NCBI RefSeq assembly: GCF_009914755.1
Contig: NC_060946.1
Source of the DNA: the human T2T-CHM13v2.0 reference genome, Homo sapiens
Direction: 5' to 3' (one strand)
Length of the DNA stretch: 64,000 bases
In this document: positions 35,651 through 51,154 of the stretch, piece by piece
How the letters are laid out: each line of letters opens with the position of its first letter
How positions within the stretch are numbered: the stretch's first letter is position 1
Position numbers and translations under genes: made by a program
The notes under the pieces: model-generated
Database searches by the model: none
What the model saw: only the letters and a program-made list of their open reading frames with translations
What the model was told of the DNA's origin: nothing

Positions 35651-37421
35651 TGTATGTTCAGTGGGCTTAGCATAGTATATGCTCAATAATTATATGTTGA
35701 ATAAATGAATAGCCTTCCCAGTTGACTTCTCAGCATTTAGAAGTAGCTGACAGGTAGTTCACCTCCCCTCTGTTGGGAACATTTTTTAAAAGTAGATTCA
35801 GAACAGGAAGAAGCTTCTCCATTATAGCTGGAAGCTTTAAGGTATAGCTGCTCCTGGACTCAGACACAACCCATCAGAAATTTCTTGAAGATTAGATTTC
35901 TGTATCACTCAGACTGGGGCTGGTGTATGAATCAGTAAGTAATGACATGGCCATGTCTGTTTTTTACAGCCAGCATCCGTTCTGATGGTTGGCACCATGG
36001 TGTACAGATTATTAAGTAATTTTAATATCACCCCCAACTGGGTGCAGAAATGGAAACCTATTACTGGTCATAGTCTGTTACCACCAAGAAAGGCTCATGG
36101 AGGTGGGAAATGATGCCTGTTGTCAAAACAAGATCTAGTTCACTTAGGTGTTGAATTCTATTCCAGATTTTATAGAGGGCTGCTTCTCTCAAATCTCTTA
36201 TTGGAACCTGGCCACGCTTCTCATTTCTATTTTTCCATCTGGGAGACATACAGGCTCTCACACCTAGTTTCCATGCCCAGCCAAAGCTATTGCAAAGCTC
36301 CTAGAGAACATGGAATGACTGGAGACATCCGGATAAAGGTCACAAGGTGGAACAAGTGCAGGGTGACCCAGTGGAAAGCAGTGGTGGAAACAGGTGGATG
36401 GCTTTGGGAAGAGGTTCTAACTAATTCACTTTCCCCAGTGTATAAAAGCAAGCTTTTCCCCAGGCTTCACAAACAGCAGGCTCGTGTCTAGCTCTACCTA
36501 CTTGCACGTAAGCAGGAAGTTCATCGTCTGTTCAAATGCTAAATAGATGTTAGCAGCACTTTATTGGATCAGCTCAAGGTGATTTCGATTTGTTCTGGGA
36601 ACGCATTCATCATCTTATAACACATGTGTGTGGCTCTGCTTTCTGGACAGATAGAATTACTCATGTGTATGTGTCAACCAACCAAATTAAATCATCCAAT
36701 GTGATAAACCCATTTGGAGGGCTATTCCCTTTCATTTATTCTAGGGAAATAATATTCTAGGCAAACTTATTTCCTAGAATTTGTGACTCAGGTTTAACTT
36801 CATATTTCCCAGAGCAAAGCTTCCCAACTTTTATTTGGGGCAGTGGTTTACAAAGTTATTTTAGTCCTGGGGTCTTTTATAATAGCTTCCAAATACAGAG
36901 GCCAATATATAAAGCTGAGAAAGGTCAAGCAGATCAGAGGGAAGAACTGGGAAACCTGGGCATTTCCTCTGCCCCTGTCTCTTGTTGCCGACGTGCGGGG
37001 ACTACCAGGAACCTCTGGAAACACACTTGAAACAGCTGCACTTGCAAATCTCCAAATAGCTCAAGCTGTGTTGGAAACTCACAACTCAAACTTTCAAAAA
37101 CAAAGGGTTAATTTTACCGTGTCAAATTGCCTTCTTATAATTTATAATCTCATAATATTTCCAACATTCCTAAAGAAAAATAGAACAAATGTTTATGTAC
37201 CCATCACTCAACTTTATCAAATCTTAACATTTTGTTTTGGTTATTTTTAAAGGAGTAAAATATTACAAATATTGTTGAAGCCCCTTTATGTGCTCCTCCC
37301 AAATCTCATTCTCCTTTCCTCCTTCCTTCCTCCTCAGAAATAACCACTACACTGAACTCGTATTGATCATCCCCATGAAAGATTTTTCCTATAAATACAT
37401 ATTAATATATAGTTTCCCCTA

Positions 37422-38145
<724 letters not shown>

Positions 38146-38261
38146 TGAATTTGTGTGTGCATTTTCCTTTTTATCAATGCTGCCTCAAATTTTTCACGAA
38201 ATGTTGCAACGAACATTCTTGTGCATGTATCTACTCTGAAAACTTCTCTAGGACCCAGTGC

Positions 38262-38301
<40 letters not shown>

Positions 38302-38460
38302 AAGTAAAACAAAGTTTCACAAAACAATTGTCTTACTACACTTTCAGAAACTTTGTCATAATGTATATCATAGTTCTTTTTATCAGGTTGACATTTCCCT
38401 TCCATTCCTAGTTTGCTGAGAGTTGTTAATCATGAATGGGTGTTGAATTTTGTCAAATTC

Positions 38461-39665
<1,205 letters not shown>

Positions 39666-39779
39666 ATTATAGGGGTTTTTAAAAGAAATTCTGTCAATAA
39701 GGTAAACTACAATAATTAATTTTCAAATGTTGAGCCAACCTTGCATTCCTGAGATAAGCCCCACTTGGCCATAGGATGT

Positions 39780-40492
39780 TGCAATGAGTGCCAAGCTGCA
39801 AATATGAGGGCAGAGTTCTCCACAAGACTGCCCTCACTTCAGACTTCAGATACCAGCAGCAAATCTAGGGGTCCCTAGGGCCATCCTTATTTCATACTAG
39901 CTGGCAACAAGTTTGAGCATCCCAAAAGACTTCCTCAGGTTTGATAATTCAGAAAAATGAGTCACAGAACTCAGGAAAGCAATATACTTACAATTACAGT
40001 TTCATTACAGCAAAGCATACAAATTGGAACCAGCCAAAAGAAGACATATATAGAACAAAGTCTGAGAGGGCTTGAAACATAAAGGACACATTGATCTCTG
40101 GGCATCAAAGTGTGGCAATACTCTAAAAGTATGGCCAACCAGGAAAGCTTACCCAAGCATCAGTGTCCAGAGTTTGTATTGTGGCTTCATTATGTAGATA
40201 TGATTGATTGAATCACCACCTATATCATTGAACTCAATCTCCAGTCCCCCTCCCTTCCCTGGAGATGATACCATTTAGCTCAAAGTCTCCACCCTCTAAT
40301 CACATGATTGGTCTTTCTGGTGTGGCCAACCCCCATCCTGAGTTATCGCATTAGCACAAACTATCGAGTAGGGCCTGAGGGGTCTACCACAAATGCACAG
40401 ATAACAAAGACACACTTATTATTCAAGAAATTATAAAGGTTTAGGGGTTAAGAATTGGGGACAAAGACGAGCTAAATTCTTCATTATACACA
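39780..40492. mobile_element. MER21-like LTR inserted in an old L1
   Basis: 'cacaagactgccctcacttcaga...cagaactcaggaaagcaatatacttacaattacagtt...ggggacaaagac'; L1-like text on both sides. Confidence 0.65.
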
Positions 40493-40599
40493 CATGTTAT
40501 GTTTTCTAATGTTGCTTGACTTGATTAGTTATTATTTTGTTAATGATGCATGTGTCTGTGCTCATGAAGAATATTAACCTGTAGCATGGTAGGTTTTGA

Positions 40600-40966
<367 letters not shown>

Positions 40967-41162
40967 AAAATTTTCTTATATTCCCAGTTTTCTAGGAGTT
41001 TTAATCATAAATGGATGTTTGACTTCTGTCAAATGCTTTTTCTGCATCTGTTGAGATCATGGTGTCATTCTTCTCCTTTACTTTGTTAACAGAATGAATT
41101 CTATTAAAATACTTTCTGATGTTGAACAATTCTACATTCTTGAAAAATAATATTTAATGTGA

Positions 41163-41309
<147 letters not shown>

Positions 41310-42009
41310 TAAAAACCATTTTAATATCACAAATAACATACTAATACTTATTTGTTAAAAGTGAAACTTACTTTTTAAAAGTTAAAAGTTAAGCTATTTC
41401 CAAATATTTGCAAATGCAAAGCGTATTCCTGAAAAGATGAATAAGAAATTTGTTATAATGGCTGTCTTCACTAAAGAAAACCAACTGGTTGAGGGATAGG
41501 AGAGTGACGCGGTCCCAGTAACTTTCTGCATGTTGTTCCGGAGTATTTAAACACCTTTGAAAATATTAAATTAAAACATCACAAAAAATGCTGGAGTTTC
41601 CCTTGCCTACTGCTCCCAATTCCTTGTTCCTTCTTGGTCCCCCCTGAAGTTACAACTCTTAGGAATTTGGTGTGCTTCCTCTGAGGGATATTATCTGCAT
41701 TTACAAACGTAATTATTTTGCATTTTATATAGGAGAACATACTAGTGTGTTCTTCTAGTGCTTTCCCTGCTTTTATATAAATACATGTGTATACCCACAT
41801 GTGTACAGGTGCGTGTTATGTAGATAAAATCATACTACAATCATAATTCTGCTTTTTTTTTAATTTTCACCCTATTATTTTTCTAGGAGCTTTATCCACG
41901 TTGCTATATATACATCTAGCTCCTGCTTTTAGTAGCTTCACAGTATTATGTAATATGAAAAAACAACTAGTCTTCCATCTATCCCAGAATCCCTCTAGGT
42001 TAGATATAG

Positions 42010-42520
<511 letters not shown>

Positions 42521-43499
42521 GCAAGCACATTTTCCACTGACTTGCTGCAACCTTGATTGAGCAAGGCATGTTTTCTCTCTGGGCTTCCATCTGTAGGAGG
42601 AGGGAGTTGAGTGGACCCCGTGAGTGTATGAGACGGTGTAATGATAGGTTGTGTAGTCTCGGAGTGGGTAGGATGACTGCGCTAAAGAAGGCAGCGAGAG
42701 CAGGAGGATGCAGGTGGCAGCCAAGCTGAAGGCAGGCAATTCAGATGCCCTTGGTCCTCCTCTCCGCCTCTCCATGAGCACAGTAACAATTTATCTGGAG
42801 CTCTCACCCAAAATCCCCCTCTGAAAGGCATGGATATCCTTTTCTGCAGAATTCACCTAGTAGGGTCTCCAAGGGGTTGACAGAGGCCCAGGTCATTTCC
42901 ATTTATTGAGACTCCCAGCTAATTAAAAAGATGAAGAAATGGTAAGCAGGGCTAACAAAATTGCGTGTATAGTAATATTGCCATTGAACAAATAAATACT
43001 AACAAATGCAGAGCAGTGGTCTACAGATATCATATAATTGCACTGGTCAAGGACACTTATAGGATTGATAGACAATATTAATTCATAATACAGTACAGAT
43101 AAGATGGTGCAGGAATGGAACACATATTTACAATATAAAAATATCTTTTTTTTTTCAAACCTGCCAGGATAATGCTGTGATAGAATGTATGAGTGCCTTT
43201 GGAGAATTCTAAGTTTGAGCAACTTTCTGAATGTGAGATGAGTCAAATACCCCCCACTCCATTTTCTCCACCCCACCCAGGCTCAACCACTCTTAGGCTG
43301 ACAGTGAAGACAGACATCCCATTTAATGTTTCTAAATCTGATGCCTGTGTTGATTATCCACACTTTGAGCAAATCTGTGCATATTATGGTTTCCCAATGC
43401 AAGTGTTTTGGTTTATTTTAGTAGAATAAAAGAGAAAAAACATTCTTCCTCTTTTGGAGTTGAGAAAAGGAGAGAAATGACAGAGATGAAGAAGAGTCT

Positions 43500-44850
43500 A
43501 AGACATGGAAGAGGTGTATTCTGGGACATGGGAGAGGTGTACTCTGGGACATGGAAGAAGTGGGTTCTGGGACATGACAAACTGGGTTCTGGAACAGGGA
43601 GGAGGTGGATTTTAGGCTATCACAGTAGAGGCAGATTCTTAGGTCAGGGACCAGGTGGATTTTGGGACAGAGATGAGAGGTGGGTTCTGGGACATGGTGG
43701 AGGTGGGCTCTGGGACAGGGAGGAGGTACATTCTGGAACAGGGTGAAGGTGGCTTCTGGAACAGGGAGGAGGTGGGTACTGGGACAGGGTGGAGGTGGGT
43801 CTTGGAACAGGGAGGAGGTGAGTTCTGGAACAGGGTGGAGGTGAGTTCTGGAACAGAGAGGGGGTGGGTCCTGGAACAGGGAGGAGGTGGGTTCTGGCAC
43901 AGGGTGGAGGTGGGTCCTGGGACAGGGAGGAGGTGGGTCCTGGGACAGGGAGGAGGTGAGTTCTGGAACAGGGTGGAGGTGAGTTCTGGAACAGAGAGGG
44001 GGTGGGTCCTGGAACAGGGAGGAGGTGGGTTCTGGCACAGGGTGGAGGTGGGTCCTGGGACAGGGAGGAGGTGGGTCCTGGGACAGGGAGGAGGTGAGTT
44101 CTGGAACAGGGTGGAGGTGAGTTCTGGAACAGAGAGGGGGTGGGTCCTGGAACAGGGAGGAGGTGGGTTCTGGCACAGGGTGGAGGTGGGTCCTGGGACA
44201 GGGAGGAGGTGGGTCCTGGGACAGGGAGGAAGTGCGTTCTGGAAGAGGGAGGAGGTGCGTTCTGGAAGAGGGAGGAGGTGGGTTCTGGAAGAGGGAGGAG
44301 GTGGGTTCTAGAAGAGAGAGGAGGTGGGTTCTGTAGCAGGAAGGAGGTAGTTTCTGGCACAGGGTGAAGGTGGGTCCTGGGACAGGGAGTAGGTGGGTTC
44401 TGGAACAGGAAGGAGGTATGTTCTGGAACAGGGTGAAGGTGGCTTCTGGAATAGGGAGGAGGTGGGCTCTGGGACAGGGTGGAGGTGGGTCCTGGGACAG
44501 GGAGGAGGTGGGTCCTGGGACAGGGTGGAAGTGGGTCCTGGGACAGAAAGAAGGTAGGTTCTGGAAGAGGGAGGAGGTGGGCTCTGGAAGAGGGAGGAGG
44601 TGGGTTCTGGAAGAGGGAGGAGGTGGGTTCTGTAACAGGAAGGAGGTGAGTTCTGGCACAGGGTGGAGGTGGGTCCTGGGACAGGGAGGGAGGTGGGTTC
44701 TGGAACAGGAAGGAGGTACGTTCTGGAACAGGGTGAAGGTGGCTTCTGGAATAGGGATGAGAAATGGATTCTGGGACAGACATGAGGTGGCTTCTGGGCC
44801 ATGTTAGAGATAAATTCTGGGACACAAGAGAGGTGGGTCTGGGACAGAGA
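43500..44850 (+). repeat. G-rich minisatellite (VNTR), 23-bp unit ~CTGGAACAGGGAGGAGGTGGGTT
   Basis: Tandem 23-bp units with degenerate edges; three 138-bp (6-unit) blocks starting at 43808, 43946 and 44084. Confidence 0.95.
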
Positions 44851-45695
44851 CAGATGGATTGTGGGCGGGCCATCCTACTCTATGCTCCCAGAACCCACCC
44901 ATGCAGTTTCCCTGGCGCCCCTAACACATCCCGTAGCCACTGTTAGTCTCCCCCAGGTCTTAGCTCAAACGTCACCTCCTCCAAGCAGCCTCCTTGGGGC
45001 CTCCATTCGCAGCTCATCAGTCCCCTGGTCAGACAACCGTCCTGCCTGTACTTCCCCTCCTAAACCCTACCCGGGGGTGAGGGTCCCCTCCCGCTAGACG
45101 GTGGCTCACTGAGGGCAGGGCGGGCCTGAGCGCTCACCGCGCACGCTCAGCGCAGCTGGCAGGGACGGGGACCCAGGCTGGCCCATCATTACTGTACTGA
45201 GCGAATGAGTTTTCCATGAGACTAAGAATCTGGTTTGATTTGCGGTTCCATTCCAAGTGCCTGAGGGCCTCAGAAGTCCGTGTTGAGTCCATCAATAAAG
45301 GAAAGAAGGCGTTAGGGCGAGAGGAAGTGAGGTGGGGGGGAAGTGAAAGAGAATGAAAAGGAGGAAATGGAGACGAGGGCGACTCAGAGAGGAACAGAGA
45401 GACAGAGGGAGGGAGAACTGAGAAAGACACAGAGCGAAAAACGAAAGAGCGAAGGAAGCGACGCGAGCCTTTCTTAATGAATGACTGCACGCCCGTCGCC
45501 GCCTGCGCGCAACCTCGGGCTGGGCGGGCGCTGCGTCTCGGGGCGCACTGCCAGGACCCTCCGGAGCGGCGGCGGGCGCGGCCTCGGGTCGCCTCCCGCA
45601 CTGCGAGCGCAGGTGCCGGGTGCAGGGGGGTCCCCGGCCCCGCCCCGCAGGCCCCGCCCCCCCGTACCCCCTCCCCTGGCGGCCCAGCGCGCGCG

Positions 45696-45715
45696 GCATT
45701 GTGGGAGTTGTGGTC
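45696..45715 (-). promoter_or_regulatory. ZNF143/THAP11 (SBS, ACTACA-type) motif
   Basis: Minus strand GACCACAACTCCCACAATGC versus consensus ACTACAAnTCCCAnAATGC. Confidence 0.75.
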
Positions 45716-45932
45716 TTCGCGGCCCCGCGGAGCGCAGCGCGGCGTCGGCACCGGCAGGGGCACCGGCGCGGCTTAGGCTCGGGCTCGGGCTCCGGCTCGG
45801 GCTCCCGCGGCGTGGGCTGGGCAGCAGCCGGGCGGCGGCTCCGCGGCGCCGGGCAGGGGCCGTCCGCGGGTCCGCGCCCTCGGGCGGCGGCGTCTCCTGG
45901 GTCCCGGCAGCCGTCCGCGCGCCCGGGCGCAG
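45706..45932 (+). other. ASPHD2: ASPHD2 exon 1 (non-coding; start position approximate)
   Basis: Strong donor CAG|GTAAGC at 45932/45933 inside the CpG island; no ATG in the exon. Confidence 0.8.
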
Positions 45933-48358
45933 GTAAGCTTCGTCTCCGGGGGCTGCCGGGGCGGGAGGGCGGCGCGGCTGGGCCGACCCCAGGACAGGGG
46001 TTGGAGGCGGGAGCCCGGCAGCTGCAGGCCCACGGCCCTCCCTTACCGGCGCCGCCGCCGCCGCCGCCCCCGCCGAGGATGCTCCGGGACCCGGGCGCCC
46101 GCATCCCGGCCCGGCCGAGGCCAGTGCTCGTACGTGCTAAGCGCCGCCTCCTCGGAGCCGGGCATCACCCTCCCTAGACCTCCTCCTACTCCTCTTCCCT
46201 GCCCCATCGTGGTCCCTTCCTCCATCTCCCTTCTCCCCTGTGACCCCTCTTTCTTTACCTCCTGTCCCCTCCCCCAGCCCTCAGCATCACCCACTTCCCA
46301 TATTTCACGTGGTGACCCTCCTCCCCTGTCCCACGAATTATGAGGCGCCATAAACCTCCTTCCACAATCTTGAGCTGATCGTCCACTTTTCCGGGCAACA
46401 CTCACCTTTCCATCGTCCCATCCCCCTCCTCCCCTGACCTCCTGGTGGTCACCATCTGTGCTAACCCATCTTCAGCCCTCCCCTCTTTCCCACTCTCCAG
46501 GGCAGGTGGGTGCTGAGAAGCTGGCCAAGAGAGGGAAGGTCCCCAGGTCTGCACCGGGAAGGGCTGGCCCCACGGCATCTCTCTGGCTCCTGAGTGGAGA
46601 GGGTGACAGGCATCACACACCTTGCCCAGTGCTGCTCACTGGGGGGCTTCCAGGGTGACTTGGCCTCATCCTGAGGGTGAGCAGACACTCTTTGGCATTA
46701 GGCAGCCTCTGGGAATGGACATCTGAACTAGGCTGACCAGGTCAGGCCTGACACCGGCTCTCCCAGGTGTTCATGGTGTGAGAAGTTGTCTTGGATTGGA
46801 CTTGCTCTCCAACTGGCCATGGATTTGGACTCAATTCCCCAGAGCCAACTGAGCTGGAAGATCTGGGGTTGCTTATTATTAAAGTGCAGAGCTGCAATGA
46901 GATGTCCCCATCCCTGATGAGGACAGAAATAACACAGATGACAATGAACAGATGTGCGAAGGAAGCTGGAAGCTACTGTGGTCACTGGGCAAGGAGCTGT
47001 CGGGGGAGAGAGTCTCTCCTCTCCCCACTGGGTAGATGGGGAGTTGTCACTAGGTAGCTGTGAGGATCAAATGTTTGAAGCAGTGCTTAATAAACTGCCA
47101 GTCACTCTGCAAATGTGTTTCTTTTATTGTCATAGTTCAGCTTTGAGCTTGTAAATCCACCTCCGGGTGCAGGGGCCTGTTGGCATATTTTGGCTAAAAG
47201 TGACTGACAGGTATGAAAAGTCCTAACTTGAGCTCTCAGTGCTATTTATGATCTCGGGAGGAGGGTCTGAAGCTGGGGTTCAGAATCTTTTACATTCTTT
47301 TGCTTACAGCTCAGCCTTAGGGAGGGCTCATGGCTGGCTTAGTACAGAAGGAGGCTTTCCTGAGAAGAGTACAGGGCTGGGGTGTCCAGTGGAGAGGTTT
47401 CTCCATCATCCACCCTGTTTTCTGTGTCTGCATTTTGCTTGACTTAAGTGATCAGCAGGGCTGATGGGAACTAACACTTTACAGGTGCTTGTTAAATTAT
47501 CACCGTCTCACTCTTAGAACATTTAAGAAAAAAACCTTTCCTCCTGACAGACTCAGTTGAAAAGTTCCAGTAGGGGTTTAGCTCAGTGATGGGGGAAATC
47601 CTTTTAGTAAAAGTGCTTGGTGTCACATAGATGATTGTTTCACACTGAATTTCAGGAACTCTGAGGTTCTGTTTGGGAGATGGCTTGCAAACAAAACATC
47701 TTTCATCTGGATTTTCTTTCCTTTTCCTAAAGAGTAACAGCTGCCAGTTTATGGTCTAACAAGGAGAGAAACAGGGGGCTGAAGGGGTTTCTTAACCTCC
47801 AGTGAGTCATAGCCTTTTCCTCTTCTCCTGAATCTGAGAAGAAATTGAGAATGTGTGGGAAAGAAAAAAAAAAAAAACAAAAGAAAACAAAAAACAACTT
47901 AGCTTCTAACCTCCCCACTCTTGTATTTTTCCTAGAAACATAAAAAATTTCCATGAATATTCAGCATGTGTGTTTTTGACTTACTAAACATTATAGTCAA
48001 GTGATTATTCAACCGAAACTGGGAAAAAGCAAGTAGGCAGTTAATGAGCACCTAAGGTTTCCCTTTCATTTTTAGCTTAGCAAGTCTGGGGACAAAAAAG
48101 CCACTCAATACATGAGGCAACAAGAGTGTCCAGGATTTACCTTTAACTGTTGGAATTCCGAGTCTTGCTATACCTTTCTCTCGTGCCCCACCTTTGGAAC
48201 GCTGGCTACTCATTATGGGATGCCACCCATCCTAGCCGTCGCCTGCATATATTGGGTGCTCATTATGACGTGGTCGTAAGTGCTGTCCATCCGCCATCAT
48301 TCATCTTCATCCAGTGAGATGAACACGAACCCCATTTCATGGATAAAGAAACTGAGGC

Positions 48359-48655
<297 letters not shown>

Positions 48656-49836
48656 GGCTTAGGAAAAGCGATCTGCCCAAGGTTGGGATGAATCCTCAAC
48701 TGGGCCCATCTCTAATCTGGCTTCTCTCTGCTACGATGCTGCAAGAATTTTCAGGCCAAATTTCAGTCCCTGGGTAAAGGGAGGGTACAACTTTTCCATT
48801 TTTTAAGCTGTGAGAGGGTAGAGTACAAAAGGGATATTTGAAATTGTGCTCCCTGAGTATCAGACTTGTAGAAGCAGAGACCTGGCTGTTCTCATTGTAT
48901 TAGAAGAAGCAGGATGAACAAAAGGTTTTGGAGAATGCTGGGAAACACGGCTGGGGTTTGAGAGACTTAGGCAGCATGACATTCAGGCCCTTTTAGGTTA
49001 TTAGGACAATGAGAGTTCCGGGCTCTGTCCCTAACCCCCAGCTAGGTAAGTGGCAAAGCACTTCTGGCTGTTTTGGAGATGCTGTCAGCTGTGGGAAACT
49101 GAGGCAGAGGCCTGGAAGGGCTTTTATTTTCATTCTACCTCCCTCATTTTCCTTTCATGACCCTATGGGTGAGACCATAGGTAGTCTCCAGGTGGGTAGA
49201 CAGAAAATGCCCTTTGCCGCAGGCATGACCTCAAGAGTGCCTACTTCCTCTTCCAACTTGGTATTAGCCCAACCTCTGTCAGAAGGGCAACAGAATGAAA
49301 TAAGGATGATGAAATGCTTGCAAAGAGAAAGTGAAATGGAGAATATGCAGTTTTTAAGTCCCTTTGCCATTTTTAAGATGCTTTTGAATCCAGGATTCTT
49401 TTGAATTAAAGGTACAGCGATCACAGGAGTATAAGCATTGATTAAATACCTATGATGAAATAGCACAGCAAAATGGGTAGACATGGGCCTTGAAGTCAGA
49501 TGGGGTTTGAGTCTCTGCCCTGGCTGTATAACTCTCGTGAGTTATGTAACTTCTCTGAGCCTCAGTTTTCTCATCTGTAAAATGGGGATAATAGCACCTC
49601 CTATGGAGGGCACAAAGCAGATGGGACCACTGTAATTATAAGCAGTACCTGATGCAGATGAAATACTACTGGCCTTTTGGGAAATGGGAGTGGCAGTAGA
49701 ATGGGGAGGGAATACACAAGATTGCAAAGTGTGACCCCCACCAACTAGGATCCTACAGAACGATCTAACACTTTACATTTCAGTTGAGGACTTTTCCAGG
49801 TGTAAAATTTATGCTGATTTTTTTTTTCCATCCCAG

Positions 49837-50060
49837 GTTTGGTTTTCCTAAACAAATCCTTTCACAGGGACCGACGGCACTTGATAATGTGACAAAAACC
49901 AGCCTCTTCCACCCCACTGCAGTGACTTTTGCCGGAAAGTGGAGCAGTGGGCACGGCCAACCTTGTCGTTCATCAATGCCGCCCCTGGCAGTATCTGAGG
50001 ATCGGTGGCAGCCATGCCTCCCCCTGCCCCAGCCGCTCCTTCCCCCCCACGCTAATCTGC
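49837..50060 (+). other. ASPHD2: ASPHD2 exon 2, 5'UTR portion (contains three upstream ATGs)
   Basis: Branch-like ctgat, T-tract and cccAG acceptor ending at 49836. Confidence 0.85.
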
Positions 50061-50946
50061 ATGGTGTGGGCGCCCTTGGGACCCCCGAGGACTGATTGTC
50101 TGACCTTGCTTCACACGCCCAGTAAGGACTCCCCCAAGATGTCGCTCGAGTGGCTGGTGGCCTGGAGCTGGTCGCTGGATGGCCTGAGGGACTGCATCGC
50201 CACCGGCATCCAGTCCGTGCGGGACTGCGACACCACCGCTGTCATCACTGTGGCCTGCCTCCTGGTCCTCTTCGTGTGGTACTGTTATCACGTGGGCAGG
50301 GAGCAGCCCCGGCCCTACGTCTCCGTCAACTCCCTCATGCAGGCTGCCGATGCCAACGGGCTGCAGAATGGCTACGTGTACTGCCAGTCCCCTGAGTGCG
50401 TGCGCTGCACCCACAACGAGGGCCTCAACCAGAAGCTGTACCACAACCTGCAGGAGTACGCCAAGCGCTACTCCTGGTCCGGCATGGGCCGCATCCACAA
50501 GGGCATCCGCGAGCAGGGCCGGTACCTCAACAGCCGGCCCTCCATCCAGAAGCCCGAGGTCTTCTTCCTGCCCGACCTGCCCACCACGCCCTATTTCTCC
50601 CGGGACGCACAGAAACATGATGTGGAAGTGCTGGAACGGAACTTCCAGACCATCCTGTGTGAGTTTGAGACCCTCTACAAAGCTTTCTCAAACTGCAGCC
50701 TCCCGCAAGGATGGAAAATGAACAGCACCCCCAGCGGGGAGTGGTTCACCTTTTACTTGGTCAATCAGGGGGTTTGTGTTCCCAGGAACTGTAGGAAGTG
50801 CCCACGGACGTACCGCTTGCTCGGAAGCCTTCGGACCTGTATTGGGAACAATGTTTTTGGGAACGCGTGCATCTCTGTGCTGAGCCCTGGGACTGTGATA
50901 ACGGAGCACTATGGACCCACCAACATCCGCATCCGATGCCATTTAG
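50061..50946 (+). CDS. ASPHD2: ASPHD2 coding exon 2 (aa 1-295): TM anchor and N-part of the Asp/Asn beta-hydroxylase-like 2OG/Fe(II) oxygenase domain
   Basis: [11 protein letters not shown]...[45 protein letters not shown]; donor TAG|GTATGT at 50946, phase 1. Confidence 0.96.
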
Positions 50947-51154
50947 GTATGTTGCAGGGACAGGGGTCTCCCGGCATGCACATTTGCAAGCTCAGCCCCT
51001 CTCCATCAAAACATCGCGAAAGCTCAAATGGTCAGAATTGCGCCTTTTCGCATTGTTCACTTTTAGCAAAAACTGATGAATTGCATGTAAACAATTTGAC
51101 AGCAGAGATTGAGTCAAAAAGAAATCTTGTGATCAGTGCAAACCTAATTTCTGA

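Larger units (their letters stand above)
45090..46170. promoter_or_regulatory. ASPHD2: CpG island / ASPHD2 promoter
   Basis: Very high GC and CpG density; GC boxes (ggccccgcccc) at about 45635-45662; spans exon 1 and its donor. Confidence 0.92.

Noticed and set aside
43418-44873. Long ORFs of 413, 409 and 218 aa
   Set aside because: They are translations of the 23-bp VNTR, whose unit rarely contains stops; there is no other coding evidence
45134-46177. ORFs of 150-270 aa on both strands
   Set aside because: Expected in a stop-poor CpG island; low-complexity Arg/Pro/Gly/Ala products
50052-50618. 188-aa antisense ORF
   Set aside because: Mirror of the GC3-rich ASPHD2 codons
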